Shown: in pieces, positions 51,838-61,365 of the stretch
How the letters are laid out: the number at the start of each line of letters is the position of its first letter
How positions within the stretch are numbered: the first letter of the stretch is position 1
Source of the DNA: Candidatus Magasanikiibacteriota bacterium
GTDB lineage: Bacteria; Patescibacteriota; Patescibacteriia; Magasanikbacterales; UBA922
DNA length: 64,000 nt
Direction: 5' to 3'
Assembly: GCA_052033375.1 (NCBI GenBank)
Contig: JBPOJQ010000003.1
Coordinates: 10,503-74,502 of the forward strand
Translations under genes and position numbers: made by a program
Notes under the pieces: generated by a model
What the model was told of the DNA's origin: nothing
What the model saw: only the letters and a program-made list of their open reading frames with translations
The model's database searches: none

Positions 51838-53847
51838 TTACAATGCCCCTTCACTCAACGTCACAATTTCATCTATTCCATCAAAATCAATATCAAGTGC
51901 TCGCACCTCTACCCCTGGCTTGAATACTGTAGAGTATGCGTCAAATGATTTGTATTTTTCTTTTCCCTCAAGTGAGAATACTCTGACTGTCGGTTTTCCT
52001 CCATATCCTTTTCCTGCAATAATTTCCTGCACCCCATCTCCATCCACATCTCCAGCAGCTACTGACACCCCGCCTGTAAACGATGTTTCAAAAGCTGTAA
52101 ACGAATGTATTTTTTTATACTCATATCCAAATAAAGTGATCGTCGGACGTGCTCCTGCTCCTGACCCAACAATGAGACGGGATGGTACTTTTTCTGTTGC
52201 CTTGGTCAGACTAATGTGATACCCGCCTGTATAGGTATTTCCAAATGGAAAAAAATCATTTGCTAATGTATTCCCATGACGATTGTACGACCGAATTGGT
52301 TCTCGAAAACCTGCGCTCGGCGCTGTATATATTTCATAAAAGCCATCATTATTCAAATCACCCACTGCCACATTCAATGAACCTGTATAATTTGCACCAT
52401 ACGGCATCAATCTGAATAAAATCTGGCCATCATCTCTCCATGCTTGAATTTTATTTCCCATCACCACAATCAATTCTTCAGCTCCATTAAAATCCAAATC
52501 AATGTGAGCAATCTGAGCACCACCTTTGTGTTTCTCCTCAAAAACGAAGAATCCATTTTTTGCCCGCTCGCCATCTGCTCTGAAAAAACGAGCAAAAAAA
52601 CCATTGGTAAACACAATCTGTTTGAGCGTCTGAAATGTCTTGAGTAATATAATTCCATCTTTTGGCGCAAGTGTGACTTCTGCAACAATTGCTCCATTAT
52701 TTATTTCTGTATCCTGCGTACCATGTATTTTTTCATATTCACCACCGAGAGAGACACCTCGCGTCTCGCCTGTACTATTGACAACCGCAATTCCATTTTC
52801 AAATGTTCTACTCCACACGTCTTCGGCATATTTGGATTTTCCTGTCTGCGAGCGTGCAGATCCGAGCGGATCGCCAAGCGATACTCCATATTCATCATAA
52901 TTCCACAGCCGTGCATGATCCTTGTCCCCATAATCAAACGAATAGTAGCCATTTTCAAGCAATGCTGAAGTAAGACCAAAACGCATACTGCGATAATTTT
53001 TTGCATTCTCGACATTTCCTGTATTTGCATTGATAATATTCACTGTTGGTCGATTTCTTGTAAGCTGATTCTCCTGATACACAGACATAATTTCTGACCA
53101 TGGATGATTCTGAAAATTTTCAATCATCTTTCCATTGAGTGATTCAGTATACCCTCGCGTATGCCCATTACCGATAATAATAGGATCACCCGGAGCCTGT
53201 GCGCGAGTATCCTCATATAATTTTTTCATTCCTTCATACCATTTCTGGTCAATACCTGTATCTGGAGACCCGTTGCGATCATAATCTACCCGAGTACCTG
53301 AAAACCATGTGAGATCTTTCCACGCATTATCATAAAATACACCGTCCCATACTCCAGATCCCAAAATTTCTGTAGCAACAAAATGAGACAAGTACTCATT
53401 GAAATTCTTTCCATTATGTTCTGGGGCATTTTCAGCTAGATTGAGCATTGTCGTGCCCTGCCAAAAACTATATGCAGCACCCAGGTCGTTTGCCAGATAC
53501 CACTCGGAAGAAATTCCTCGCGCCAAACGATCACGCATCTTACTCGGACCCCCGAGCGCATCATTTCGAATTTCTTGGGGAGTAATGTATGCAAGCAAAA
53601 TAATCCCCGGATTCAAGCGACGCAATTCACGGAGACGCTCGGGATTGGTCACTTGATTTTCCATATCAAGGACCAAGAGATCCCATTTTGCAAGTTCACG
53701 CATCTCAGCATCCGTAATACTCCATTTCAAAAAATAATTTGCAGTTTTTGGATACGTCTCAGTATATGCAACAGACACACTCACTACAGTGCCATATGCG
53801 CACAGTCCGAGAAACAAAATTGATTGTATGAAACGCGCCAATGTCAT
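51838..53847 (-). CDS. Secreted glycoside-hydrolase-like (GHL) domain protein with C-terminal FG-GAP/VCBS repeats
   Basis: Signal peptide. The N-terminal about 400 aa (WDGVFYDNAW..., GNGHTRGY...) resemble the putative glycoside-hydrolase GHL families. The C-terminus carries calcium-binding FG-GAP-type repeats: DLNNDGFYEI, GDVDGDGVQEII, DIDFDGIDEIV. Confidence 0.45.
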   Translation of the reverse strand: MTLARFIQSILFLGLCAYGTVVSVSVAYTETYPKTANYFLKWSITDAEMRELAKWDLLVLDMENQVTNPERLRELRRLNPGIILLAYITPQEIRNDALGGPSKMRDRLARGISSEWYLANDLGAAYSFWQGTTMLNLAENAPEHNGKNFNEYLSHFVATEILGSGVWDGVFYDNAWKDLTWFSGTRVDYDRNGSPDTGIDQKWYEGMKKLYEDTRAQAPGDPIIIGNGHTRGYTESLNGKMIENFQNHPWSEIMSVYQENQLTRNRPTVNIINANTGNVENAKNYRSMRFGLTSALLENGYYSFDYGDKDHARLWNYDEYGVSLGDPLGSARSQTGKSKYAEDVWSRTFENGIAVVNSTGETRGVSLGGEYEKIHGTQDTEINNGAIVAEVTLAPKDGIILLKTFQTLKQIVFTNGFFARFFRADGERAKNGFFVFEEKHKGGAQIAHIDLDFNGAEELIVVMGNKIQAWRDDGQILFRLMPYGANYTGSLNVAVGDLNNDGFYEIYTAPSAGFREPIRSYNRHGNTLANDFFPFGNTYTGGYHISLTKATEKVPSRLIVGSGAGARPTITLFGYEYKKIHSFTAFETSFTGGVSVAAGDVDGDGVQEIIAGKGYGGKPTVRVFSLEGKEKYKSFDAYSTVFKPGVEVRALDIDFDGIDEIVTLSEGAL

Positions 53848-53850
53848 ACA

Positions 53851-54933
53851 TTAATGAGATGAAACAAATGATGCATATATTTGTGCAATGGCACGATAAT
53901 GATCGTGTATATCGCCCTGTTGCTGTACATACTTCTGTGCTGTCTTTCCGACATTCGATATTTTTTCTGGATTCTCAAGCACCTGTCCAAGCAGACGTTT
54001 CAATTCTTGAACATTGCCTGTTTCGAACAGATACCCTGTGCGTGCATTCTCGATGATCCCCGCCCCCGCAGCAGTGCTTGCAATAACCACCCGACCTGCT
54101 GCCATAGATTCGAGTACTACGAGACTCATACCTTCCCATAACGACGGCTGTAGTACGATATCGATATCTTTGAGGGCCATCGCCATATCACTCTCATATC
54201 CATGCCAGACGATACGATGCGCAATTCCCAGTGCTCGCGCAGTATATTCCAATTCAGACTGAAGACTTCCCTCTCCATACACATGGTACTCCCACGGAAG
54301 ATGCTTTAATTCAGCGAGTGCACGCAATGCGTACACGTGCCCTTTTTGTTCTTCCAATCTTCCAATTGTTGCAAGTGATATATGTGTCGCATCTATTTTT
54401 TTTGTAGTGACTCTGCGCCATTTTTTCGTCTCAACTCCGTTATAGATAATGCGTATTTTTTCTTCAGGAATATTGAAATGGTCACGCGAATATACTGCCA
54501 CCGAATCAGATACGGCCACGACTGCGTCAACTTTTTTCAAACATATTTTCCATATCATACGCTTCATAAACGATGTATGATATTCCACATTATGCACCGT
54601 CGAAATCCAGATAGTCTGAGGGTATATCCGTTTCCATGCATATCCAATGATGTCACCCCCCATCAGATGGGTGTGAATGATATCTGGCTTGATGCGCAAC
54701 AACTCACGTTTCAAAAATTTCCACACACCCCACCGTCCCCCATGCACCTTCCGACTTCCCACAATCAATCGCGCTTTTGTCTGCTCGAACAATGGACGCA
54801 ATGCACCGTCATCGACACTACTCATCACATATACTGAAAAATCTTTTTTGCTAAATTCTTGTGCATACTGCAACACCAGACGTTCAGCGCCACCTGGATA
54901 TAATCGTGGAATGACTTGTACAATCGTGGTCAT
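53851..54933 (-). CDS. Glycosyltransferase family 4
   Basis: From the internal Met: MTTIVQVIPRLYPGGAERLVLQY, plus C-terminal GT4 motifs. The upstream extension of the ORF (MCCIAMNAK...) is unlikely to be real. Confidence 0.7.
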   Translation of the reverse strand: MTTIVQVIPRLYPGGAERLVLQYAQEFSKKDFSVYVMSSVDDGALRPLFEQTKARLIVGSRKVHGGRWGVWKFLKRELLRIKPDIIHTHLMGGDIIGYAWKRIYPQTIWISTVHNVEYHTSFMKRMIWKICLKKVDAVVAVSDSVAVYSRDHFNIPEEKIRIIYNGVETKKWRRVTTKKIDATHISLATIGRLEEQKGHVYALRALAELKHLPWEYHVYGEGSLQSELEYTARALGIAHRIVWHGYESDMAMALKDIDIVLQPSLWEGMSLVVLESMAAGRVVIASTAAGAGIIENARTGYLFETGNVQELKRLLGQVLENPEKISNVGKTAQKYVQQQGDIHDHYRAIAQIYASFVSSH

Positions 54934-54940
54934 AAATCTA

Positions 54941-56422
54941 TTAGGTAATCTCGGTATCGATTTTATATTTATTTGGTCTGAAATGAGTATAAAATGCATC
55001 TCCTTCGCGTTCATGGCGATACAGCACATGCGCCGATATCGCCAACATCAATGGCACCCACATACGCGCTGAATAATATTGGGTATTAAACAGTTGAAAA
55101 AATAAAGGGGCGATAATAAGACACAGACACAAATGTGCAACCGCGCGAGCCTCGAGAGTATATTCTTTTGATTTGATACGCGCGTATACCGAGGATATAA
55201 GTATACCAATAAATAACCCAAATGTAGCGACCCCTACGATCCCCTGTTCGGATAAAATTTTCATGAGAATACTATGTGCATCAATTGGATCGCCAAATTC
55301 ATATGTAAAATAACGTACATCTTCCAATCGTCCAACGAAGGTCCCCACTCCTTGTCCAAACAATGGATGTTCTAGAAAAAAATTCCAGGCGACTTCTGTC
55401 AGCGTGATACGTGCACTATTCGAAGACGAGACGACAGCGCTCTGCAAAAGCATACCCATATATACCCCCGCAGGAATAAAAAATATAAGTATACCAATCA
55501 TATAGCCTCTTATTTTTTTCCATTTGATATGTGATCGAAATATATACAGTGCAAGTACTCCCTCGACAATAAGCGTAAGCCAACTTGCCCGAGAAAAGGT
55601 AAGAAACGCAGTAACGCCACAGATAATACTCGCACAAATATACACAAGCCTGCGCACATCAGTCTTTGCAGCATAGGCAAGATATATTGCAATTGGCAAC
55701 GCCACCACCAGCACTTCGGCAAGCAAAATATGGCCACTAAAGACATCATAATTAAATGGTTGCCAACCGAATACTGAAATCGGCACGGCACGCGCAATGC
55801 TTCCGCTTCCCCCGACGACAAAAGATAGTAGCCCCAATAGTGCACCAATAACACCCATCCACACTACCACTTCGAGTGCATGGGATAGTGTTTTTTTGGT
55901 ACGTATAATATTTGCACCCAAAACCACGTATGCAATATACACAAATACGATAAATCGTATGGTGTAAGAAATACTCGGCTGCAATTCCCATCCTCCCACA
56001 TTCATCAATGATACTGCGGCAGATGCTACAAACAATCCATACCATGTAATCTCTGGAAGATTAATCCGATGTTTTTCTCCATATAACCATTTGCGTATTA
56101 AATAGAATATATATGAGCCAACCATAAGTAGTGCCCACATATCGACCATTGGCGCATACAATTCGAATATTTCAGAAGATGATCCAAGTATTCCACGAAA
56201 TATGTCGGCATGAAATTCCCACCCAATAAGTGGATAGAGAATAAGCAGAATATAGAGGCCTGCTTCCAGATGGTACGAAAAAAATAACATAACCAAACAT
56301 ATCAACAGTCCCAAGACCGCTATATTTCCCTTGAGCATCAACGCAAGTAGTATCAGAGCTATGAGCGCACCCACTCCAAATATTCCTGAAAATTTTGATG
56401 TTTCAGACTGAGGAATACTCAT
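54941..56422 (-). CDS. O-antigen ligase/polymerase-like (Wzy_C) polytopic membrane protein
   Basis: About 12 transmembrane helices with a Wzy_C-like loop FLTFSRASWLTLIVEG. Confidence 0.55.
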   Translation of the reverse strand: MSIPQSETSKFSGIFGVGALIALILLALMLKGNIAVLGLLICLVMLFFSYHLEAGLYILLILYPLIGWEFHADIFRGILGSSSEIFELYAPMVDMWALLMVGSYIFYLIRKWLYGEKHRINLPEITWYGLFVASAAVSLMNVGGWELQPSISYTIRFIVFVYIAYVVLGANIIRTKKTLSHALEVVVWMGVIGALLGLLSFVVGGSGSIARAVPISVFGWQPFNYDVFSGHILLAEVLVVALPIAIYLAYAAKTDVRRLVYICASIICGVTAFLTFSRASWLTLIVEGVLALYIFRSHIKWKKIRGYMIGILIFFIPAGVYMGMLLQSAVVSSSNSARITLTEVAWNFFLEHPLFGQGVGTFVGRLEDVRYFTYEFGDPIDAHSILMKILSEQGIVGVATFGLFIGILISSVYARIKSKEYTLEARAVAHLCLCLIIAPLFFQLFNTQYYSARMWVPLMLAISAHVLYRHEREGDAFYTHFRPNKYKIDTEIT

Positions 56423-57501
56423 ACACTGGTGGTAGTAATCTTACGATATATGTCCTCATACGCCTTTGACATAGTCTCTACGCTCCCCCTTTTCTCCACC
56501 CACCGCTTTCCTTGGACTGCTATTTTTTTTGCCAGAATTGGATTCGAGATATATTCTCGGATGGCTTGTGCGAGCTGTCGACTGTCCTCTGCTTCGACCA
56601 ATACACCATTTTCTCTATCACTAATAATTTCGGGGATACCCCCGACACGGGAAGCGATTACGAGCCGGCCTGATGCCAATGCTTCGAGGATGACGATTCC
56701 CAGCCCCTCCCACCGCGAAGGAGCGAGCACTATATCTGCGTCTGCATATGCCGCGGCAGCATTCTCGGTTGCTGGTTTCCACATCACACGATCACCCAAT
56801 CCTAATTCTTTGGCATACTGCATGAGTTGTTCTTTTTTTTCTCCCTCACCCACTATTGTCAACATGCATGGGATATCAGTAATTTTTTGTAGTGCCTCAA
56901 GCGCACGCGCGTGTCCTTTTTGTTCTACCACTCTTCCAATCATGAGTAATTTATATGGCGATGCAAAAGATGCGGGGGGGATTTTGGCAAAATGCGCTAA
57001 TTCAATACCATGCATAATCACTCGAGTATGTTCGGGTGCAATCCCATACGCAATTTTCATGTATTCTCGGACAGCATGTGACGGCGCCGTGTACACGCGA
57101 GAATAATTTTTCATTACACGTTTGATTCTTCCCCAGAGCCACGATTCTTGTAAATTAATATTATGTTCAGTTGTGACTACAGGAATATCCACTGACTTTG
57201 CAGCCAGTCTACCCCACAAATCTGCACTAAAAAGATGTGTATGTACTACATCAGCCCCCATACCACGGAGCATCTGTGCCAGTTTTTTTCTGCGACTCAG
57301 ATACCCGATGTGATCTAGCGGAAACACGCTACATGCAACAGTGGATGGTAATTCCCGAGCAAGCGGACGATCATCCCAGAGTGTAATCACTGACTGACGA
57401 ATATATTTTGATGATATGTGTTTTGCAAGCGATACCACAAAACGCTCGGCTCCTCCGAAACCAAGTCTAGGAATAATATGCACGACGTGTATTTGTTTCA
57501 T
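56419..57501 (-). CDS. Glycosyltransferase family 4
   Basis: IHVVHIIPRLGFGGAERFVVSLAKH, and the C-terminal EGLGIVILEALASGRLVIASRVGGIPEII. Confidence 0.75.
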   Translation of the reverse strand: MKQIHVVHIIPRLGFGGAERFVVSLAKHISSKYIRQSVITLWDDRPLARELPSTVACSVFPLDHIGYLSRRKKLAQMLRGMGADVVHTHLFSADLWGRLAAKSVDIPVVTTEHNINLQESWLWGRIKRVMKNYSRVYTAPSHAVREYMKIAYGIAPEHTRVIMHGIELAHFAKIPPASFASPYKLLMIGRVVEQKGHARALEALQKITDIPCMLTIVGEGEKKEQLMQYAKELGLGDRVMWKPATENAAAAYADADIVLAPSRWEGLGIVILEALASGRLVIASRVGGIPEIISDRENGVLVEAEDSRQLAQAIREYISNPILAKKIAVQGKRWVEKRGSVETMSKAYEDIYRKITTTSV

Positions 57502-57547
57502 ACAATTTCATCTAAGTATATCATATGCAGAAGAAAAATTAAAAAGA

Positions 57548-57582
57548 AAAAATAACAAACAAAAAACCGCATAGTGCGGTTA
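57548..57582 (-). terminator. Rho-independent terminator of the GC-rich lipoprotein gene
   Basis: aaccgca-tag-tgcggtt hairpin. On the minus strand it is followed by ttttttgtttgtt. Confidence 0.6.
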
Positions 57583-57592
57583 TTCTAGCGTG

Positions 57593-57640
57593 CCCTTCTA
57601 CTCTATCTTCAAGATAATACTTGAATTCAGAGTAGAGGGG
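57593..57640. repeat. Inverted repeat (12-bp arms, one mismatch, 24-nt AT-rich spacer) at the left edge of GC island 3
   Basis: cccttctactct...agagtagagggg, with a nested ttcaag/cttgaa palindrome in the spacer. Confidence 0.55.
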
Positions 57641-57766
57641 AGGAAGCGGTCGCTGTAGTAGCGAGCGCACTTCCCCCAGTTTGTGTGATTGTCTTCGAAC
57701 ATTCACCTACAGAAGCGAATCACACGTTCACTTCGAGATGCTCCTGCAGTCGTCGCAGAAGAAGTT

Positions 57767-59815
57767 CTAGGGTGCCGCGGGGCATCCCAGGTCGTTGTCA
57801 CCGTTCTCGTCGGAGAGCCACAGGTTGCCCGGCGGAGCGCCGTCGCATGCCTGCGGATCACGAACCTCGAAGTCGTTCGCCTTCGTGACACCATTGACCA
57901 TGACGGTCAGGGTGGACTTCGAGGGGAACCCCGGGTTGCAGTCCCAGAACAAGTTCGTGCTCGGACGGTTGACGGCGATGTCGACGCCCCAGCTGCATGC
58001 GAGCGTCTTCGGCAAGGTCCCGTCGAAGGGCATGTTGCCGGAGATCGTCGTCCCGTTGTAGTAGAAATTGACCTGCCAGGTCTCCGACGTGTCGGTCGAC
58101 GAGACCTGCACGCGGACACCTTCCACGTGCTGGCAGACGAGCTCGACGCAGGTGTCGTAGGTCAGGGGATTGCTGTCGTTGCAATCCGCGTTGACCGTGC
58201 AGTTCCCCGTCGGCGTGTACACGCAACCCGTCGCCGGATCGCAGGTGTCGGTGGTGTTGGAGTTCCCGTCGTTGCACACCACCGCGGTGTGCTGCACCCC
58301 CATCTCGGGATCGCACGCGTCGATGGTGCAGGCGTTGTTGTCGTTCGTCGTCACCGCCATGTGTTGGCAGGTGTTTGCCGAACAACTGTCGATCGTGCAG
58401 ACGCTTCCGTCATCGCACGTGAGCGGCGTACCCGCGACGCACCCGGAAGCCGGGTTGCACGTCTCGGTGCCGTTGCATGCGTTCCCATCGTCGCAGACGA
58501 TCGCGACGTGTGTGACCGCGCCGGTCTCGGGATCGCACGCGTCGATGGTGCAGGCGTTGTTGTCGTTCACCGGATCGACCTTCTGCGCCATGCACTGTCC
58601 ATTGACGGGATTGCACGTGAGGCCTCCGCAGAGGTCCCCGCCGCAGTCCTTCTCGACGTGGGTGACCACGCCGGTCTCGGGATCGCACGAATCGATCGTG
58701 CAGTTGTCCCCGTCGGTCAGGACCTTCCAGCCCGTCTCGACGCACACATGTTCCGCGCACGCCATCTCGGTGACGCACGCGGTGGTGGGCTCGCAGTCGT
58801 CGTCGTCTGCGCATTCGCACGCCTCGGACGGCATGAACGCGTACTCGCAGACGCCCTGCAAGTTGCAGGTGTCGGTGGTGCACGTGTCGCCGTCGTCGCA
58901 CTCGGCCCCCTCACCTTCCGAATCGCAGTACACGAGACACGAGAGGTTCGGCAGATCCCAGGGCAACACGTCGGGGTAGAGGTCTCCGTCGCAGTCGACG
59001 TCGCAGACGTCGCCCATGCTGTCCTCGTCCATGTCCTCCTGCCCCGCGTTCTTGAAGCGGGGGCAATTGTCCTCGCCCTCGCAGATGGGCATCACCAGCG
59101 CGTTTCGCGGCATCGAGACGGGGGCAGCTTCGTCGCAGAAGCTGTCGTTGTCGTCGTCGGTGTCGCAGACGTCGCCCCAATCGTCGCCGTCCAGGTTCGC
59201 CTGGTCGGGGTTGACGTTGTCGGGGCAGTTGTCGACGGGGTTCAAGACCCCGTCGCCGTCGACGTCGTTGTCGCAGACGTCTCCGACGAAATCGTCGTCC
59301 AGGTTCGCCTGGTCGGGGTTCGGATCGGCGGGGCAGTTGTCCTCGCCCGCACACATCTCGACCTGACCCGGATGGGATTTCTCCCACCCGTCCTCGTCGA
59401 GCCAGGGGTCGCAGAAGCCGTCGTTGTCGTTATCGTTGTCGCAGACGTCTCCGAAGAGATCCCCGACCACGGTGACGTTGCCGTCGGCACCGGCCAGGAC
59501 CTGGTCCAGGTTCGCCTGGTCGGGGTTCGGATCGGCGGGGCAGTTGTCGACGGGGTTCAAGACCCCGTCGCCGTCGCGATCGGTGTCGCAGACGTCGCCC
59601 ATGCCGTCGCCGTCGGTGTCCACCTGGTCGGGGTTGTACCACCCCAAGCAGTTGTCGCGGTTGTCCGCGACGTCGTCACCGTCGGTGTCCGCGGCCTTCG
59701 TGAAGCCGAGCCCGCCGTCGTTGCCGGATTCGTCATACGCACACGCCGCCATGAACCCCATGGCAAGGGCACCCAAGATGCAGAGCACCCGGGTGTTGTT
59801 GTTCTTCAGACGCAT
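57767..59815 (-). CDS. Secreted lipoprotein with about 8 thrombospondin-type-3 calcium-binding repeats, many Myxococcus-type cysteine-rich repeats and the shared C-terminal module (682 aa)
   Basis: Signal and lipobox ...GFMAAC. TSP3 units DTDGDGMGDVCDTDRDGDGVLNPVDNCPADPNPDQANLD are repeated. Cysteine-rich units DNNACTIDACDPETGAVTHVAIVCDDGNACNG are repeated. SD GGAGGAAGG lies 4 nt upstream. Very GC-rich. The C-terminal LFWDCNPGFPSKSTL aligns with TYWGCNDGLPSKRDI of the 60165-60902 gene. Confidence 0.7.
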   Translation of the reverse strand: MRLKNNNTRVLCILGALAMGFMAACAYDESGNDGGLGFTKAADTDGDDVADNRDNCLGWYNPDQVDTDGDGMGDVCDTDRDGDGVLNPVDNCPADPNPDQANLDQVLAGADGNVTVVGDLFGDVCDNDNDNDGFCDPWLDEDGWEKSHPGQVEMCAGEDNCPADPNPDQANLDDDFVGDVCDNDVDGDGVLNPVDNCPDNVNPDQANLDGDDWGDVCDTDDDNDSFCDEAAPVSMPRNALVMPICEGEDNCPRFKNAGQEDMDEDSMGDVCDVDCDGDLYPDVLPWDLPNLSCLVYCDSEGEGAECDDGDTCTTDTCNLQGVCEYAFMPSEACECADDDDCEPTTACVTEMACAEHVCVETGWKVLTDGDNCTIDSCDPETGVVTHVEKDCGGDLCGGLTCNPVNGQCMAQKVDPVNDNNACTIDACDPETGAVTHVAIVCDDGNACNGTETCNPASGCVAGTPLTCDDGSVCTIDSCSANTCQHMAVTTNDNNACTIDACDPEMGVQHTAVVCNDGNSNTTDTCDPATGCVYTPTGNCTVNADCNDSNPLTYDTCVELVCQHVEGVRVQVSSTDTSETWQVNFYYNGTTISGNMPFDGTLPKTLACSWGVDIAVNRPSTNLFWDCNPGFPSKSTLTVMVNGVTKANDFEVRDPQACDGAPPGNLWLSDENGDNDLGCPAAP

Positions 59816-59868
59816 TTGGCCTTCCTCCGTAGTGTGAGGCCGTTGAACTCCAGCAGTGACACTGTGTC

Positions 59869-59938
59869 TCAGCTAGAGGGTGGCTATCGATACAAGATAT
59901 GTTGCATATATCAGTATCTGCACCCATCCTCTAGCTGA
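59869..59938. repeat. Inverted repeat (15-bp arms, one mismatch, 39-nt spacer) upstream of the 57767-59815 gene
   Basis: tcagctagagggtgg...ccatcctctagctga. Confidence 0.55.
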
Positions 59939-60164
59939 ACATAGAACTTATGTGATTATAATGAACATACACACTTGAGAATGATTCTCCAGTGGCGCAT
60001 ACCAGATACCTCTCTAGATATCCGATATGCGTGGACACAATCGTACCAACATATCAAGAAAAGAGTATTTTGTCAATATAATTCTATAAAGTGAATTAGT
60101 GGTGCTCGCGAAAGGAGGCGGCATAGCGTATACGCCATCCTACCCTTCGCGAGACACCCGCCCC

Positions 60165-60902
60165 TCAGTCACATGCGAGCTGTGCCTGCAGGAAGTAGAG
60201 ATCCCCCTCTCCCTTCCCACCGCACGCAGTGTTGGGGACCTCCCATCCGAGATCCGCGGCAAAATAACCGAATGCCTCTGCACCGTCGATCTCGACCGCG
60301 ATATCCCTCTTCGAGGGAAGACCATCGTTGCATCCCCAGTATGTCCCTGGAAACTCCTGGTCCTCTACCGCGAGAGTGAGCATGCCGTTTTCGACGCAGA
60401 GATCCATCTTCCGGATCTCGAAGCTCGAGTTCATGGGATAGGTCTCTGGCTCGGTGTGATTCCCATACCAGAGCTTCACCTTCCCCGGACGCTCTGCGCG
60501 TACGGTGAAATGAGTCACCCGGTGTACACTGGAGCATGCCCCAGTGTCGGGGACGCACTCGTCATCCGTCCAGCGATTCCCATCGTCGCAGTCGATTGCT
60601 CGATTACGACATGTGCCCTGGATGCAGACATCGATCGTGCACATGTCGCCATCATCGCAGGGGTTTCCCTCTGCAATGAACTCCTCGATGTCGCACTCAC
60701 TGGGCGACGCCGGAGGAAGCTCGATCTCGTACCGATCACGGATGACCCGCGAATCAGCATCTTCGACTTCCTGGAGTATATCCTCGATCCCCGTCGACGT
60801 ATCGACCTGGATCATGGTCGTACCCCTCTGTCTCATGTCCTCGATGCACGCAGTCGTAATCACGAAGTAACAGACGCACAAACGAAACATCTTAGAAAGC
60901 AT
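60165..60902 (-). CDS. Cysteine-rich lipoprotein, a family member with the shared C-terminal module
   Basis: Start at ATG 60902 (MLSKMFRLCVCYFVITTAC lipobox) with SD GAGGGGA upstream. The ORF-track start is a GTG 12 nt earlier. Motifs NPCDDGDMCTIDVC and DCDDGNRWTDDEC. C-terminal LWYG...YWGCNDGLPSK. Confidence 0.6.
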   Translation of the reverse strand: MLSKMFRLCVCYFVITTACIEDMRQRGTTMIQVDTSTGIEDILQEVEDADSRVIRDRYEIELPPASPSECDIEEFIAEGNPCDDGDMCTIDVCIQGTCRNRAIDCDDGNRWTDDECVPDTGACSSVHRVTHFTVRAERPGKVKLWYGNHTEPETYPMNSSFEIRKMDLCVENGMLTLAVEDQEFPGTYWGCNDGLPSKRDIAVEIDGAEAFGYFAADLGWEVPNTACGGKGEGDLYFLQAQLACD

Positions 60903-60990
60903 GTGTCCCCTCACGTATTGGTATGAACTGGCGTGTAGAATTCCTCTACCGTTGATATACCATCATCATATGGATATACCCAAGGTAATG

Positions 60991-61017
60991 GAATTTAAAA
61001 AACCCGTGGATACGGGT
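60991..61017. terminator. Bidirectional rho-independent terminator
   Basis: aaaaaa-cccgt-ggat-acggg-ttttt. Confidence 0.55.
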
Positions 61018-61365
61018 TTTTCCCGCGTAAAAGTCGATCTTCTCCGCGGCTCATTTTCGTAACCCGCTTCATAGTAAAGCAGATACACCATTGTACCATA
61101 CCACACACAGGTGTTGTATGACTGGGTCAGCATAGTATGCCTATTCTGACCGTGTTATTTCCCACATCTCTTTACCAATACTCACTAGTCGCTCACTGTA
61201 ATCTGAGTTCTGAATTTTGATAAAGATATGTTGGAATGGGAGAGGGGCTCGTCAATGAATCGTTTGCACGATCCACTGAACGCTAGGCCCCGCTCCCGCA
61301 ACTTGTACCATAGTGAACCCTGAGTCTTGTTGCTAAACTACTCAGGGTACGTACCGATATGTCCT

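Noticed and set aside
54934-55029. N-terminal extension MCCIAMNAKEMHFILISDQ... of the GT4 gene
   Set aside because: The conserved GT4 N-terminus (MTTIVQVIPRLYPGGAER) begins at the internal Met. The extension overlaps the upstream Wzy_C gene and has no family counterpart.
57689-59938. 749-aa plus-strand ORF completely overlapping the 682-aa minus-strand lipoprotein gene
   Set aside because: Its product is low-complexity and Arg/Val/Ala/Gly-rich, which is typical of an antisense frame in very GC-rich DNA. The minus-strand frame has a signal peptide, lipobox, SD and regular TSP3 and Cys-repeat spacing.
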